DNA of 63,845 nt, counting the filler, from Polymyxa betae A26-41 (Eukaryota > Protista > Endomyxa: Phytomyxea): assembly GCA_003693705.1 (NCBI GenBank). It is 8 parts of 8 records of this genome, joined end to end, with 100 filler letters (N's around TTAATTAATTAA, not from the genome) between each part and the next. Parts side by side here need not be neighbours in the genome. Positions count along the whole stretch, not along the records: positions 43,456 to 49,835 come from RBZT01000272.1; positions 49,936 to 55,205 come from RBZT01000660.1; positions 55,306 to 60,179 come from RBZT01000599.1; 5 more parts are not named here. The stretch is one strand, 5' to 3'. Position 1 is the first letter of the stretch, and each line of letters starts with the position of its first letter. This document shows, piece by piece, positions 47,770-60,279 of the stretch. The position numbers and the translations under genes are program-made. The notes beneath the pieces are model-generated. The model had not been told where the DNA came from. It saw only the letters and a list, made by a program, of their open reading frames with translations, and did not search any database.

Positions 47770-48826
47770 GATAAACCCAACACGTCATCAGAGACGCCTT
47801 CCATTAACTTCTATTGTTATCTTTCTCACATCTGATCCATGACGAGGACTTGTCTGCAGATTCCCACCATGAATCCCTGTACGAAATCCTACAAACGTTC
47901 GACAAAGATTTTCCAAACATTGCCTGTATATTTGGCGATAATTGTGCCGTCAACCAAAGCCTGGCCAGTAAATGCCAATGCTATCTTGTCGGATGTGCCA
48001 TAGACTGAATTTGGCTGTGCAGAAGTTTCTTGTTGCTAATGACCATGTCATTAGTTCCATTCGAAATATCATGGTGTCGTTACGAACAATCAAGAATCGT
48101 GCAGCCTTGAAGAAAAAAACTCCGTTGTCTCCAGTTCTGGATAACGTTACCATGTGGTCGTCTATGCTTATGATGCTGAAACGATACACGCAGTTGCAAG
48201 AATTTATCAATGATATAGTTCCTATCCAATTGCTGTTAAGTCCAGCTGAAAATGCTGAAGCGCAATACCTTTTGAAAAAATTAGGCCAACGTGAAAGCCT
48301 GACCAAGTTTCTGCAATCTGAAGACAGACAAATGTATCAAGTTCGGGAGGCATTTGATAATGCAATTGAAATGTTCGTTTGCCTAGAGGAATACTGCTCT
48401 AAGAATGCGAGAATTATTTGTGACCCTGTTTTTGAAACTGCAGTCGCTAAAATTCAGCAACATCAAAGTAAACAGGAGCCGTTAAAGCTTTCCATTCCAG
48501 AGGCAAACGTGGTCAAACATCTCAAGATCGCGCATTCAGTCGAACCACAATCTGAAACAACAGATACTGAATCGTCTGAAGTTGATGAAATGTCTGCGAT
48601 GCTGAGGAAAGTCAAGCGAGCAAAAGTTGGGATCTCTTCTCAGTACATGGACCTCACGTTCATCCGTCCGACAAGCAATATTTGCGAACGGCTCTTCAGC
48701 GTTTCTAAGATGGCGCTGCCAGATAACCGCAAACGGCTTCTTCCGTCAAACCTTGAAATGCAAATATTCCTCAAGCTCAATCGTCACCTCTGGGACATTG
48801 AGTTGATGAATACAAATTTGGAATAA
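47770..48826 (+). mobile_element. hAT transposase, C-terminal two-thirds (5' truncated, frameshifted)
   Basis: IFGDNCAVN, CHRLNLAV (CxxH region), DNVTMWSS (canonical TRWNS), PTSNICERLFS..RKRLLPSNLE (hATC dimerisation domain). Confidence 0.9.
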
Positions 48827-48980
48827 ATAGGAATAATTCCCGGATTCTTTAGGAATTATTCCCACAAAGGAATATATATTCTTATTTATTCCTCCCGCCA
48901 TCTACCCGGAATAAATTATTCTAATGGGTCATTAGGAATTACTCCTAGTCATGAATTATTTATTAGGCATCCATGCACTC
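48820..48980. repeat. Palindromic GGAAT(A/T)ATTCC subterminal repeats at the hAT 3' end
   Basis: GGAATAATTCC, GGAATTATTCC, GGAATAAATTATTC and GGAATTACTCC clustered just after the transposase stop. Confidence 0.6.
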
Positions 48981-49835
48981 AAACTGGACCCTGCGAGATT
49001 CAGTCATTCTGTGCTCTTTGCCTTGTTTCGTAGATTCGATGTATTACTCTGATCCAGTCGTACACAAATGTGTTTGGATACTCTATCGGACGCCTTAATA
49101 AAGTCGCATGATTTGGCTCCAGATTCATGGCTGTTACCTGCTTGATGTTCCGCAGTTGTGCATCAATCGCATCATCGCTTGCTCAGAAGAATGACCCGGT
49201 CGACATTATGCCTTGGAAGGTTAGATTCCACTACTGTTAGCATTCGTATCTGTTTCAATTACGCTACTAGTTTCGAGACGCTCGATAATAGAGTGCAAAT
49301 CGCCTGGTTTCGGTTTCGGTAACCGTTCTATTCTAGCGGTACCCTGATTGTTGAGGATTTTCGCGATGTGTGTATACTTCAGTTTTAATTGTACTTAGCA
49401 GATGTTGGTAGAGGGCGGAGATGCATATGCGAATTTGATAGTATATTTGAAAACTTCGTCGGGGACGGCTCAAGATCGATTGTTTGACTTTCGGATGTAT
49501 TGTACAAATTATATTTCGGCGAAGAAGAGCTGACCTTCGCTTGTATTAATTTGAGGGATTCACATCGGTTTGCCCGAAGATGTTATTGGATTGTCACTAA
49601 GGATATCGATCATGTTGGATTAGCTCAATCCACATCGGATCTCTAATGCGCAACCCGCACTTTTCTTGCATGGGTACGCGCCACTGTATGCCGCCATCGT
49701 CATGGATACCCTCCACTGGCACACAGCCTACACATACGCAATTAAATCTCCGTTAATATACTTACTCCTTTCTAATCATATAACGAGCTCAGCTCGGTCT
49801 CTAATAGATTAAGAGTCCCACTCTCCAGAGTAACC

Positions 49836-49935
49836 NNNNNNNNNNNNNNNNNNNNNNNNNNNNNNNNNNNNNNNNNNNNTTAATTAATTAANNNNNNNNN
49901 NNNNNNNNNNNNNNNNNNNNNNNNNNNNNNNNNNN
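49836..49935. other. Artificial contig linker
   Basis: N44-TTAATTAATTAA-N44. Confidence 0.98.
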
Positions 49936-50228
49936 AGATGACGCAGCCCTCTACAGCTAAAATATCAAATAAATGAAATAATGTGCTGTTTTCAGGCCGA
50001 TCATGATATGTATCATAGCAGATTTCTCACGTTCGCAACTAACAGGAAATACCCTGACAGCATGCTTTGGTAACCCATTGTATTTTCGACGACGTTTTAT
50101 TGGTGGTGATGGGCCCAAGTTTGCAAAGTAAACATTTGGGGCAATTCTCAAATTTGAAAAAAATAAATTCGCGAAGTGCGCAGAAATTGACTGCATTCGT
50201 GACAATTTCAATTCCTGAAAACACAGAA

Positions 50229-51738
50229 ATGGCAATGGTGGACGAGCCAAATCCGAATTCAGGCGGGTTCCACCTGGGTCTCGATGCAGCTGATGCATCG
50301 GCCGTCGACCATCCACATCGCTGTCTTCTAATCGCTGCGTAACATTCCTTGTCAGTCGTGCTGGCGATCTTCTGAACACCGAAAACAGGCACGATGGCGA
50401 TCTCGGCGCCGTTCGTAATCTGCTCGATACAGTGCTGACGGCCCCAATCGACCTCGCCGCCCATGATCAGCATGGTCGTACCGCCTTGGGTAATCGGTGT
50501 GTGATTCCAATCGACATGATCGCTGAGAATGGATCTGGTAGCGCTGGCCGCTTGGAACGGTCATGCAGAGATTGTAGAGTTACTTTTGGAGCGAGGTGCA
50601 TCTTGGCATACTAAAGATAACGAAGGACTTACTGCTGGCCAGTGTCAGTTATACCTTAATACGATTTCGTGCAATTCTCTCTCATACTTTGTAATGTTTA
50701 GATGCACAGCTTGGTGGTCATCAACATATCTATGAACATCTTGTCAATGCCGGTGTACAGGCCGAGCTCATCTTACGTGCTCTGGGCGAAGGTTCCACTT
50801 CGAAGCAATACTTAAGTAAGAGATCGCGATTTGTCTAAGAAGCCTCTCATCGTTTGGTTTCCGACTTTTATACATGCTGAATTAAGGTGGATTTTAGGCA
50901 GTCGTGTGAGGTATCAGGATGACGCTCTGGTCGATGAGTCTGCCAATGGTGTCATGATGTCCTGGGAGACACCACTCATGCAGGTTTGCACAAATCACGA
51001 AGTCAAACTATGAGTTTCTTGATCCTGATCAATGTGCAGGCGCATTCCGATGTTATGCAATGCTCAGGTCGTGATGTTCTCAATGTTGGATTCGGCATGG
51101 GCATCATCGATACCGAGATCCAGCGCCGACAGCCTCGCACTCACACCATCAGTATGCAGCACCCCATTCCACGTCCTCTCGTTGTCGTACTGACCCCATG
51201 CGCCAGTCGAGGCACATCCGGATGTCTACGCTCGCATGATCGAACAGGGTTGGGATAAGCGCCCCGGGGTTCGTGTCCTGTTCGGTCGCTGGCAGGACGT
51301 ACTACCCCAGCTGGAATCGTATGATGCGATCATGTTCGATAGTAAGATTCGGGATTGTATGGATCGAGAGCGGACGCTGATTGGTTGCAGCGTTCGATGA
51401 GACGGATGCCGATCTGGGTCGCTTCCATGATGCCTTGCTGGACCTGCTGCGACCTCATGGGATCTACACGTTCTTTAATGGGCTGGCAGCCACCAACCCC
51501 TTCTTTCATGGTCAGTAGCTTTTCTTGTTATGATTGGATTCGATCCGTGGCCTGATTGTTGATTGGGATAGATGTGTGCTGCGAAGTGACGCGGCTGTCG
51601 TTGACCGAATTGGGACTGGACACCCGGTACGTCGAAATCCCTATCAATGTCACAGACGACAGGATTTGGGCCAATGTCAAGGATCGCTACTGGACTCTGG
51701 ATCGGTATCGGCTTCCAATCTGCACTTTTCAGCAATAA
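50229..51738 (+). CDS. RMT2: Protein arginine N5-methyltransferase (ankyrin + SAM methyltransferase), multi-exon
   Basis: Ankyrin AAWNGHAEIVELLLERGA, LVNAGVQAELIL, VMMSWETPLM, VLNVGFGMGIID, EAHPDV, GRWQDV, FFNGLAATNPFFH, YWTLDRYRLP. Confidence 0.92.
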
Positions 51739-52716
51739 ACTAATATTGTTGGTAACAAATTCTTTCCAAAGTGCTCTGATTTTGACAGATTTTGGAACCG
51801 ATTTCTGTGTTGATCGAACTGCTGGTCTGAAGAAGACCGACGCTCGCCATGGAGAGATCTTCAAGGCAAATAATGTCGCAGAAATTCTTAATAGTTTTAG
51901 CGCTCGGCTGTTAGTCACTGCCGCGCCTTCAGTGAAGTTTGTTTCTGAGATTGAGCATAACATCGGCATGGTCGCAGTATGTTACTGAATTAAGACGAAC
52001 AACTCGGGGTCATTAAAATATGGATCTATTCAACGCTTTCTGTAATGATTCTGATCATCAAGAGATTTTTTACAATATTCGCATATTATTAATATCGACA
52101 TCGACCAAATTATTCGGCACTTGTGTTGATTATATGCAAGAGTTTGTTCAGGCATATTAACGATGTCCTGATTCAATGCGACAGATACGGCGCTGAAAGA
52201 TCGCAGCACTTCTATCGTGGTGTACAGAAAGAGCTCGCTGGAACATTTGATGCAATCATCATCGAAACGGGTAACATCCTTCATGCGAGAAATGTTGAAT
52301 CGATGACATCCTACGCCGTTTGCTGCTCTCCCTTCTTAAAGGAAACGCCCCGTCATACTTCGCTTCGTTAAGGCTGGGACCACTTCTAAAAATCGTACCG
52401 GAAAATCCGACCTACGACAATTTCGCCGATGCGATTGAATTGCACATTGAACAATCACAACTACAAGGTACATCCTCAAAGGTTAATGTTGATGATGAGT
52501 TTAGTTTATAACTTTACCTGCTGTGGTCATCCCGTCTAATATCAATGCTAGAAGGAGGGAGTTTCCAACTGAGGAACGGTGATGAAGAAGCGTTGTCTTT
52601 GCTGATTCGAATTCGGATCTATATCGACCGAGGAAGTGACCCATATCGTGTGTCATGGGATGTTTCATGATGGTTAGCACCTTGTGTGGGCTATTTCTAA
52701 AAACCATAATAATTTG

Positions 52717-52800
52717 GCATTTGTGGCCGAGCGGTCTAAGGCGTCCGACTCAAGTTCGGATCCTCGTCAGAGGGCGTGGGTTCAAATCCCATCGAATGCA
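52717..52800 (+). tRNA. trnL-CAA: tRNA-Leu(CAA), intronless, long variable arm
   Basis: Acceptor stem GCATTTG/CGAATGC, A-box TGGCCGAGCGG, anticodon loop CT-CAA-GT in stem TCCGA/TCGGA, T loop GGTTCAAATCC, followed by a T7 Pol III terminator. Confidence 0.95.
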
Positions 52801-53595
52801 ATTTTTTTCGGCCCGATCATTACAATTGTGCATTTCAAATTTCCCAGCGAGGGTTAAGTTTCATTGATGAATTTATTATGTTTCTGACTATAATTATGAT
52901 CGGGAGGCTTCATGGTAATGAGGACTTTACTAAACCACACCGTGAAAGTCAGCCAAAGCGCTTCAGCTCTTTGCCCATTTGATTGAATGTGAATACTGAT
53001 TATCGATCCCATTTTGTGCGTGAAATGATCAGAGTGGTAAAGTTCAATAGGGGGTATCAAACTTGCGCATTCCGACGCTTTAAACGACCAATTAAAAGGA
53101 GCGTGGGTCCCGGTAGGTCCTGGTTGGTCCCCAGTGGGGACAGGGCTGCGACCTAAATATCCGCAGTTATTTTATCCGCAAAATCCAAATAACGTATCTA
53201 CCCTCAAAAGATAGAGGACCTGGACCCAGGTCCCACGCAATTCTTGGACCTGAATGAAATAATAAAGTGCATGCCCTGAAGCGCTCCGCTCCATTAGATT
53301 TTAGAATGACCGTTTCTCCCATGTCTAATTCAGTGATAAGCTGGAGTACCTCAGGCCTTGTGCTATGGATACAGCACCGCCCGTTGAATCTCAACAAACT
53401 AGTCGCATCCAATCCAATCATCCCATGTCTAAACGAAAAAAAGCAAGTCTTTAGCTTTGCAGGCATGCACAATTTCACAGCAACTGTCTATCGCAGCCAG
53501 GCATTTATCCTCGGCTTACTCAGGGATAAGTTCATGGTAGTGGACTCGTTCTTTTATTTTTGAAATTTAGGGATTTTCCATAATGTCAGCTAGGA

Positions 53596-55205
53596 TCACG
53601 ACAAAGAATCAGTATTCTTTGAGAGCCAATCCAACGATTTGTTTTTCGTCTGGCGAATCCGCTCAATAATACAAGCAGCAGAACAGCAATTGTCTACAGT
53701 GACACCCCCTGGCATGGATCCAGCAAGGGTTTCTATAGCTTCGATAATCTTTTTTCTCCTGTTATAAAAACGTCTCTCATTGCCTTCGCACCATTTCGAG
53801 CCCCATTTACGTTCCAAATCTTTTACTGCTGGTCCTCCTGCAACACCGTCAGTCCATTCTTTCCAGAGTTCAGGTACAGATTGGATTCCTCGGGCCATTT
53901 TGTAATTCGGTGGCATCGTGGAAAGAGGAACAGGTTCGCGATCGACATCCACGGCGTTAAAAGACGGACCTTGGACAGCATTTTCAAGGGATACTCTTGA
54001 CCCGAAGTCAGCGTTCAGAGAAATCGAATCCTTTCCTGAGAAAACGTCTGAAGTTTGCCCTTGTAGACTGTATAGGCATTGTGCCAGTGGCCCAACAGCA
54101 GTCAGTATCGAAGCTTTCAAATCAGAATGCACAGCGCTGAGATTTTCGGATAACATCGGCATCGCTCTCTGTAAAAGATTCTCGGTTGGATCAGAATCCG
54201 TGGACATGGCTCGACGTAGATCCTGTTCAAATTGACAATACGTTTCTGTCGAAAAAATACTGTGCTTCCATACTGGATGATCAGGATGCTCGACTCTGAG
54301 CATAACCGAGTCTTGGAGAAATACTGTCCGAAGCAGTTTCAGGAGATCTAAGAAACCTCTGGCAGCAATTGAATGTTGGTAACTACCATCGGACAGCTTT
54401 TGCAGGATTCCTTCGATCTGAGGAAAGATCATGCCTTTCAAGTTCACAGGAGGATCTATAGCAGCGCGGCTCAAATAAAAGCTGCCGCGTTGTGGAGGAA
54501 AACCAGCCAGTGTTCGCATAGCTTCACGAGGCAGGCTCGTTAGATAACAATTATCGAGCGCCTGATTGTTCCAGCTTCCTAGCCGCCGTATCTGGTCCTC
54601 AGAGGCCCCGGCAAGTTCTGCCATTCTTGCAGCTGACCCTCGCCCAGCATGCGTTTTGGCCTTGCAAGAAAGACCGATTTCTTTGAATACAGATTCAATA
54701 GAAGACTTGTGCATCCTGTAACCAAGTGCTTTCGTAGGATTGGACCCGCTTTTCAATAGCTTCAAGTTAAACCAGCGTTCGCTGGTTTCGAAGCAGGGAA
54801 AAGGTTCACATTCAACATGAATGCGCCAGAACAAGTAGATGGCTATTGATCCAAAAGGGCATATCCTGACGTCTTTACTTCTCATGAAAGCGCCGAATTC
54901 ATTTCTTCCAAATTTATTGGCCTTTCCTTGACGCAGCACAAAAACAAGGGCGTGACATGGACTGAGACCTTCATTCTCTAGGAGAACAGAATGCATGTCT
55001 GAAAATTCCAGTTGTCTGACAGATTCGCCTGGAAGTAATGCATAATGGGATATAAAGAACGCCGTCATATTACGAAGATTTGGCCCAAAATCCCTGGATT
55101 TTTGCCAATACACTTCTGCGATTTTGACCATTTGCTCCAATGTTGTATAACCGTCGATAGGAGTGCCTACACCGCGATCATCAAAATTATTTCTTCGATT
55201 TTGGT
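53596..55205 (-). mobile_element. CryptonF-type tyrosine recombinase transposon (Ndc10/CBF3-II-like YR domain + GCR1_C domain), 5' cut by the gap
   Basis: DDRGVGTPIDGY, LLPGES, GKANKFGR, CPFGSIAIYLFWR, KTHAGR (HxxR), GSW, NCYLTSLP (Tyr nucleophile). GCR1_C: YKMARGIQSVPELWKEW..FYNRRKKII. Confidence 0.92.
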
Positions 55206-55305
55206 NNNNNNNNNNNNNNNNNNNNNNNNNNNNNNNNNNNNNNNNNNNNTTAATTAATTAANNNNNNNNNNNNNNNNNNNNNNNNNNNNNNNNNNNNNNN
55301 NNNNN
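55206..55305. other. Artificial contig linker
   Basis: N44-TTAATTAATTAA-N44. Confidence 0.98.
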
Positions 55306-55455
55306 CGCTCGAGAACCCCGACGCGCAGAATTACTATACTGTGAAACCAGTGGGTGATGGCCTACAGCCACGGTGGATGAAAACTCCGCCGCGGAGTTTA
55401 CCAAGGTATGAGAGCGCCCTAATAGACTCGAGTATTTAAAGATCAATTCTCACTT

Positions 55456-56015
55456 CTAATACATCTCACATCGTTCTGAATCGTAGCCGCTCACCGAGCG
55501 AGAAAACCAACACAGCTGTGTTATGAGGTCAATTATTCGGGCCTTGGACTTCAGCCTCTTGTTCAACTTTAGCTCTTTGGACATGGTTGCGGGATCTCTC
55601 GATTTGTCGAGGTATCTGAGGCCATATATTCGTCTAACCACTTCAAAAATGCCTCTTCCGTCAAGCCCTTTGTATCCACTGTCATTAGTCTCTTAGTGAT
55701 GAACGACAGAAAGTTGCATTCGATCATCGTGAGCACGCTCTGAGGAAATGCTGATGGACCAAGGCCTGCTCGACGGGCCATGTCTAGAACCTCGCAATAT
55801 CGTCGATGATTTTGCTTGAAGACGAGACAATCTCGAATATCCATTGTCTTGAGGCCCGGTGGTTCTCCCGGCTTCATCAAAAGGGCAGCCGATATCGCGG
55901 AAGCATCCTTAGGTGAAAGACTGGATTCTTGCATCGCGGCTCCGGCGCTGGTCGATGATGGTTGAGGGATCGGTTGGGGCTGGACATCCGCCATATCTAG
56001 CTGTATCCACTTCAC
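55456..56015 (-). mobile_element. Retrotransposon gag N-terminal fragment
   Basis: PPGLKTMDIRDCLVFKQNHRRY...SVLTMIE...LTEEAFLKWL parallels the gags at 18186-18935 and 59008-60179. Confidence 0.6.
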
Positions 56016-56352
56016 TTGATTTCAGGCCAACTTCTGCTCGTTGCGTAACAGGAGTGCTCAGCATGGGTTTTAATCGCTACAAAGCGCTTTGGTGTGGTTT
56101 TTCACCCAATGGATAGATAAAATTCTTTCTGATCTTTTGTTATCATAATCTTCTACTTTCCACCCAGGTTGAGGAAAGTGTCGTTGCCAGGAAGTTCTCC
56201 ACCCATCGTTCAGATCACATCCTCTACCAGTCATTGATGGCGCAACCCATCCCATACATCCTTACAGTCACGCATACTTTCACATCACTGCGGAGTTTTT
56301 CTCTTGTGCGTTTCTTTGCGCAATATCCAGATTTCCACATCGTTTGATAAAT

Positions 56353-57265
56353 ATGCCTCCTTCAAAAAAGCGAGTCGTTCCATTAAGGGCTGTTAGCTTG
56401 AAGCGATGGTCTGCTCCAGCCTCCCAGAATGCCAGCCCATTGTTGCCTTCTGGCGAATTCCAGCCTGCCGATTCTTCCGACGACGATGTCTATGTCTATG
56501 AAAGTGATATCGAAGTCTCCGATGATGCTGTCGATACAGCTGAGACGATTGTTCTCAAATGGAAAGATGGTGCAAAACCGAAGCGTCCAGCTGTTGATCA
56601 AAAAGACAGTCGAACCACAAAGTGGAGATGGAGTAAGGAGCGGGCCCAACGTGTGGCTTCTGTTGCGGATTGTCGTCGAATAACCGATTTCCTTCCGAAA
56701 ACCCTAGAATCTGATGTTTCTGAAGACTCGTCTAGTAATGATGGCATTGACGGCGTCGTTCTTCGCAATGTTCCATAGACGAAGCATTAACCGTTGTAGC
56801 GTCCTATTGTAAAGTATCTGTGAATCGAAATCACGAACGTCGCTTGGGATTTTTGACAAAATATGATTATGTCCGCTATCTGAGATTGAGCCGCTATTCT
56901 CAGTTAATTAAATCTGGAAAGCGAAAAGTAAAAGCGTCACTTGATGCCGCAGCATTGTTTCCAGATAAATCCTTTCGATATCAAGCACGGAAGATCCGTC
57001 AATGGGCTCAGCATCTCTTGGAAACCCGTTCTTTACTGTTTCATCGTCAGGGAAAAATATCAAATCCAAATCCTTGATTTATGAAGATGATATTGCCACG
57101 CAAGGCAGGCGGTTTCTAAATCTCAAATCAATGATTCGATAACTGCACATTCATTCGCTAACTGGGTGAAGAACAATCTCCATCTACAGGCTGATTTGCC
57201 AAGGCCGGTATCGATAAGTGAGAGGACTGCGATAACATGGATGCATTATCTAGGATTGGATTATC
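56353..57265 (+). mobile_element. N-terminal fragment of a DDE transposase (IS630/Tc1-like HTH region), disrupted
   Basis: RTTKWR..RITDF; ARKIRQWA..RQGK..SLIYEDDI..ISERTAITWMHYLG read across frameshifts. The catalytic domain is absent. Confidence 0.6.
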
Positions 57266-58379
57266 TGAGATATTCTTGTTTACTAGAGCAGCTCCGGTTC
57301 GGAGCTTGAAAAGTCCTGTGGTTCGTGGCCTTGCACGACTCCAGCAAAATTTCAATGCTCCCACTTGTCGTGTATGTTGAAAGTCTGAAGACGACTTGTC
57401 TTCTGATATGAACAACGAATATTGACCCTGAGGTTAGACAACCAATAACAGAATGAATTGTATTATTATGAAATGAAAATTATATAGGATAATGCATACT
57501 AGGGGACTTCCATATAGTTCAAAACTCCGCGGCGGACTTTCCACCTACCAGTGTTCTTGCCACCCTCCAAAGTGTCAGCCCGGTCTCCCTCGTTCACCCT
57601 CGTAACTCAGGTTCGCCCGCCCTTCCTTGTGATGAATGACTGGCTGGTCCCAGTTGCCAGGAATTGCAGCCCTTACAGAGGTCACCGGTGCTTTTCCAAC
57701 AGTGTACACCTGCCTTGGCTTGCTGTCTTGACAGAGGTGAGAGTATGTCATTGTCGATTGTGGCTGCAGCAGAAATCGTGGTCGGCGATCAAGATCAAGA
57801 CCTTCAGGAGCAAGCACGGTATCGTCTACCTGTTCTTCTGATTCTGAGACAGCAGCCGCGTAAATCGGCGTCCCGAGTGGCCCAGAACACTCTTCTGGAC
57901 TGCTGAGGCTCCGGGCGTGCAGCAGTTATCGTCGTGGGAGGTGGCTTTATTGGAATCGAAGCATTGGGTGCAGCCCTGATCAGTTACAAAGAATGTCGGC
58001 CAAACGTTGAATGAAGAATGGGGCTGTTTCTTCCGAATCAGGACTCATAGCGAATAACGGCACAATTCGCTAGTCTTCCATTATTACAGCTCTCTTTTGG
58101 GTCGTTCCAATGAACACAACGAAGAAGCAATTGCTGTTAATAGAGACTTTCCATTCCGTCTTCCGCCAGCAGGGATTACTTCGTCTATTTTGCAATCTTA
58201 ATACCTTCCGCTGGTCATTGTTCCTTGGCACAGTCTCTCTCTTGGGAAGGAGGTCGTTGTTTCCGTACGTCTAAGTGCGGAGTAAGAACCCTTGTTGAAG
58301 AGCAAAAGAACACGCATGGTGAAAAGATTATTGTGTCGTCGACCAAATCAATCATAGAAGCTTGTCTTTTAAAAAGTTT

Positions 58380-60179
58380 ATGCAAGTACAAAATCTGAGG
58401 GAGCTTTCGTCGCATCAGTTGCTGATCAGGATATCACCAATTATTTGAAGCTCGTAGTAAAGGATTGTGATGATTCCGGGGGTTCCGATATCGAAGAGCG
58501 CTTCAAGACGGGTCTAGTGGTGGATTTAGGGTTGCTGGTCCGAACGCTAGGCTGGATTAACTTTGCCAGGATTTTTTTGATCTGGTAGAGAGGCACGGGC
58601 TGGAGAAAATCTTTACCGGGATCGGTGAAAAACTGTCACTGAATCAGCTGTTGAATGCTACTCGACCGGTATCCATAAAAACGTTTGATTGAAAGCGATC
58701 TACAATACACTATTCGAAATTCGAAGACGAGCATGGCGTCGTTTGACAAATGACACAACAGCATATCTTGAATCATTTGCAGTTTTCAATTGCACGGAAG
58801 ATATCTGCATCGACGAGAACGGAATCCAAGCCCAATCGTACTACGAATGGGAAGGGAAATTCGGGATTCTCACAGCCACTGAGATCGACTTTGTGATGTG
58901 GAGGATTGCAGCAGCGGACGAGAGCTTCAACAAGCGGAAACGTGGACAATCGACGAAGGAGCGAAAGCCGCAGAAATCGAGCTGCTCTAATGTAAGGGCA
59001 GAATCTGATGGATCGTGGCTGTGTTTTGCAAGAGGAAACGGACTCCAATTATGAGGAATCGGGTGGACGTGTAACTGTCGCTGATGAGAATGTTGAGGGT
59101 AAGCCCAGCTCGCGGACGGCCAATGCGGAACTGGTTCAGAAGCAGCCGGCTGGCAATCGGTTGGCCTCCGGTAATGTTACTCTGTTAGAGACCAACAAAG
59201 CCCCCGAGTTGAAGACCGCCGACCCGAAAGACATTTTGCGCTTTCAGCAGAAGCGCCAGAAGTACGGGCGAATTCACTATGAATCTGGAGCAGATGGGTC
59301 CCAGATTCGCTGGTTAATATCCATGTTCGAGCCCAATTTCCTATTCGCTGTATGCCGTTATGATCTTCATAAGGCAATTGAGGATATACAGAAACAGGGC
59401 CTTGAGGAATGGATTGCCAGAGTCCTACGTGACGATCGGTCGCGGGACATTTTGCTGGAGAGGAAAATGTCGCAGCTCAAAATGAGGATGACTATTGAGT
59501 CTGCTGGCGCCCGGGTTCTTTCACTAACTACCGATTTTCATCGGATGTGTAAGTATTACGGATGGGAGCGTCTTTTTACGAGCTCTGAGGGTAAAACGCG
59601 TCTTGAAAAATTTTTACTGAATGCTATTGAGCCTGAAGGTCTAAAAGAAATGACCTCTGACCGTCTAAGACGGGAGGCGCATCTGGCGAAGGATCCGGAC
59701 GCGTTTATTGAAGTTTTGAGGGAAGCTGCTGTCTATTATCAGGAGACGTCGCTCTACCAACTGTCGACTATAAAGGCTTCGACAACAGGTAATATGCGTC
59801 AGAAAACAGCTGACAATACGACTTTCAAGGTGGGGGTTCACCAGAGGACAACCCATAATGAGGACACGGCGAAAGGTAATCGCCAATGGAAGGACGGGAA
59901 GAAGGCAGATAACTCCAACTTGGACTGTTATCACTGCAAAAAGCCCGGTCATCCGGTCTACAAATGTCCGGAAAACCTGACTAAACAGCAGGTTTACGAA
60001 TATTTGAAAAAGAACGCTAATAAAGCCAAGAAGTCTTCCAACTATACTTGGGTCTGCCACATTGTAGCTAGTGAGGATAGCGAAGAAGTGTTAGTGAAGA
60101 TAAATAATAGTCTTTATTTTCCTGCAATCTTGGATATTGGCGCTAGAGGGGTGTCTCTTATACCACGCACTGTCGCAGA
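58380..60179 (+). mobile_element. Ty3/Gypsy gag-protease (intact ORF from 59008 to the gap, decayed gag piece upstream)
   Basis: CYHCKKPGHPVYKC (CCHC knuckle), ILDIGA protease motif. ASGNVTLLETNKAP is shared with the 16952-18935 element. Confidence 0.88.
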
Positions 60180-60279
60180 NNNNNNNNNNNNNNNNNNNNN
60201 NNNNNNNNNNNNNNNNNNNNNNNTTAATTAATTAANNNNNNNNNNNNNNNNNNNNNNNNNNNNNNNNNNNNNNNNNNNN
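60180..60279. other. Artificial contig linker
   Basis: N44-TTAATTAATTAA-N44. Confidence 0.98.

Noticed and set aside
48971-49800. Intron-containing gene after the hAT element
   Set aside because: Splice-like signals exist, but the joins I tried hit stop codons.
51745-52700. Gene between RMT2 and the tRNA
   Set aside because: Only short broken ORFs on both strands, with no motif I can support.
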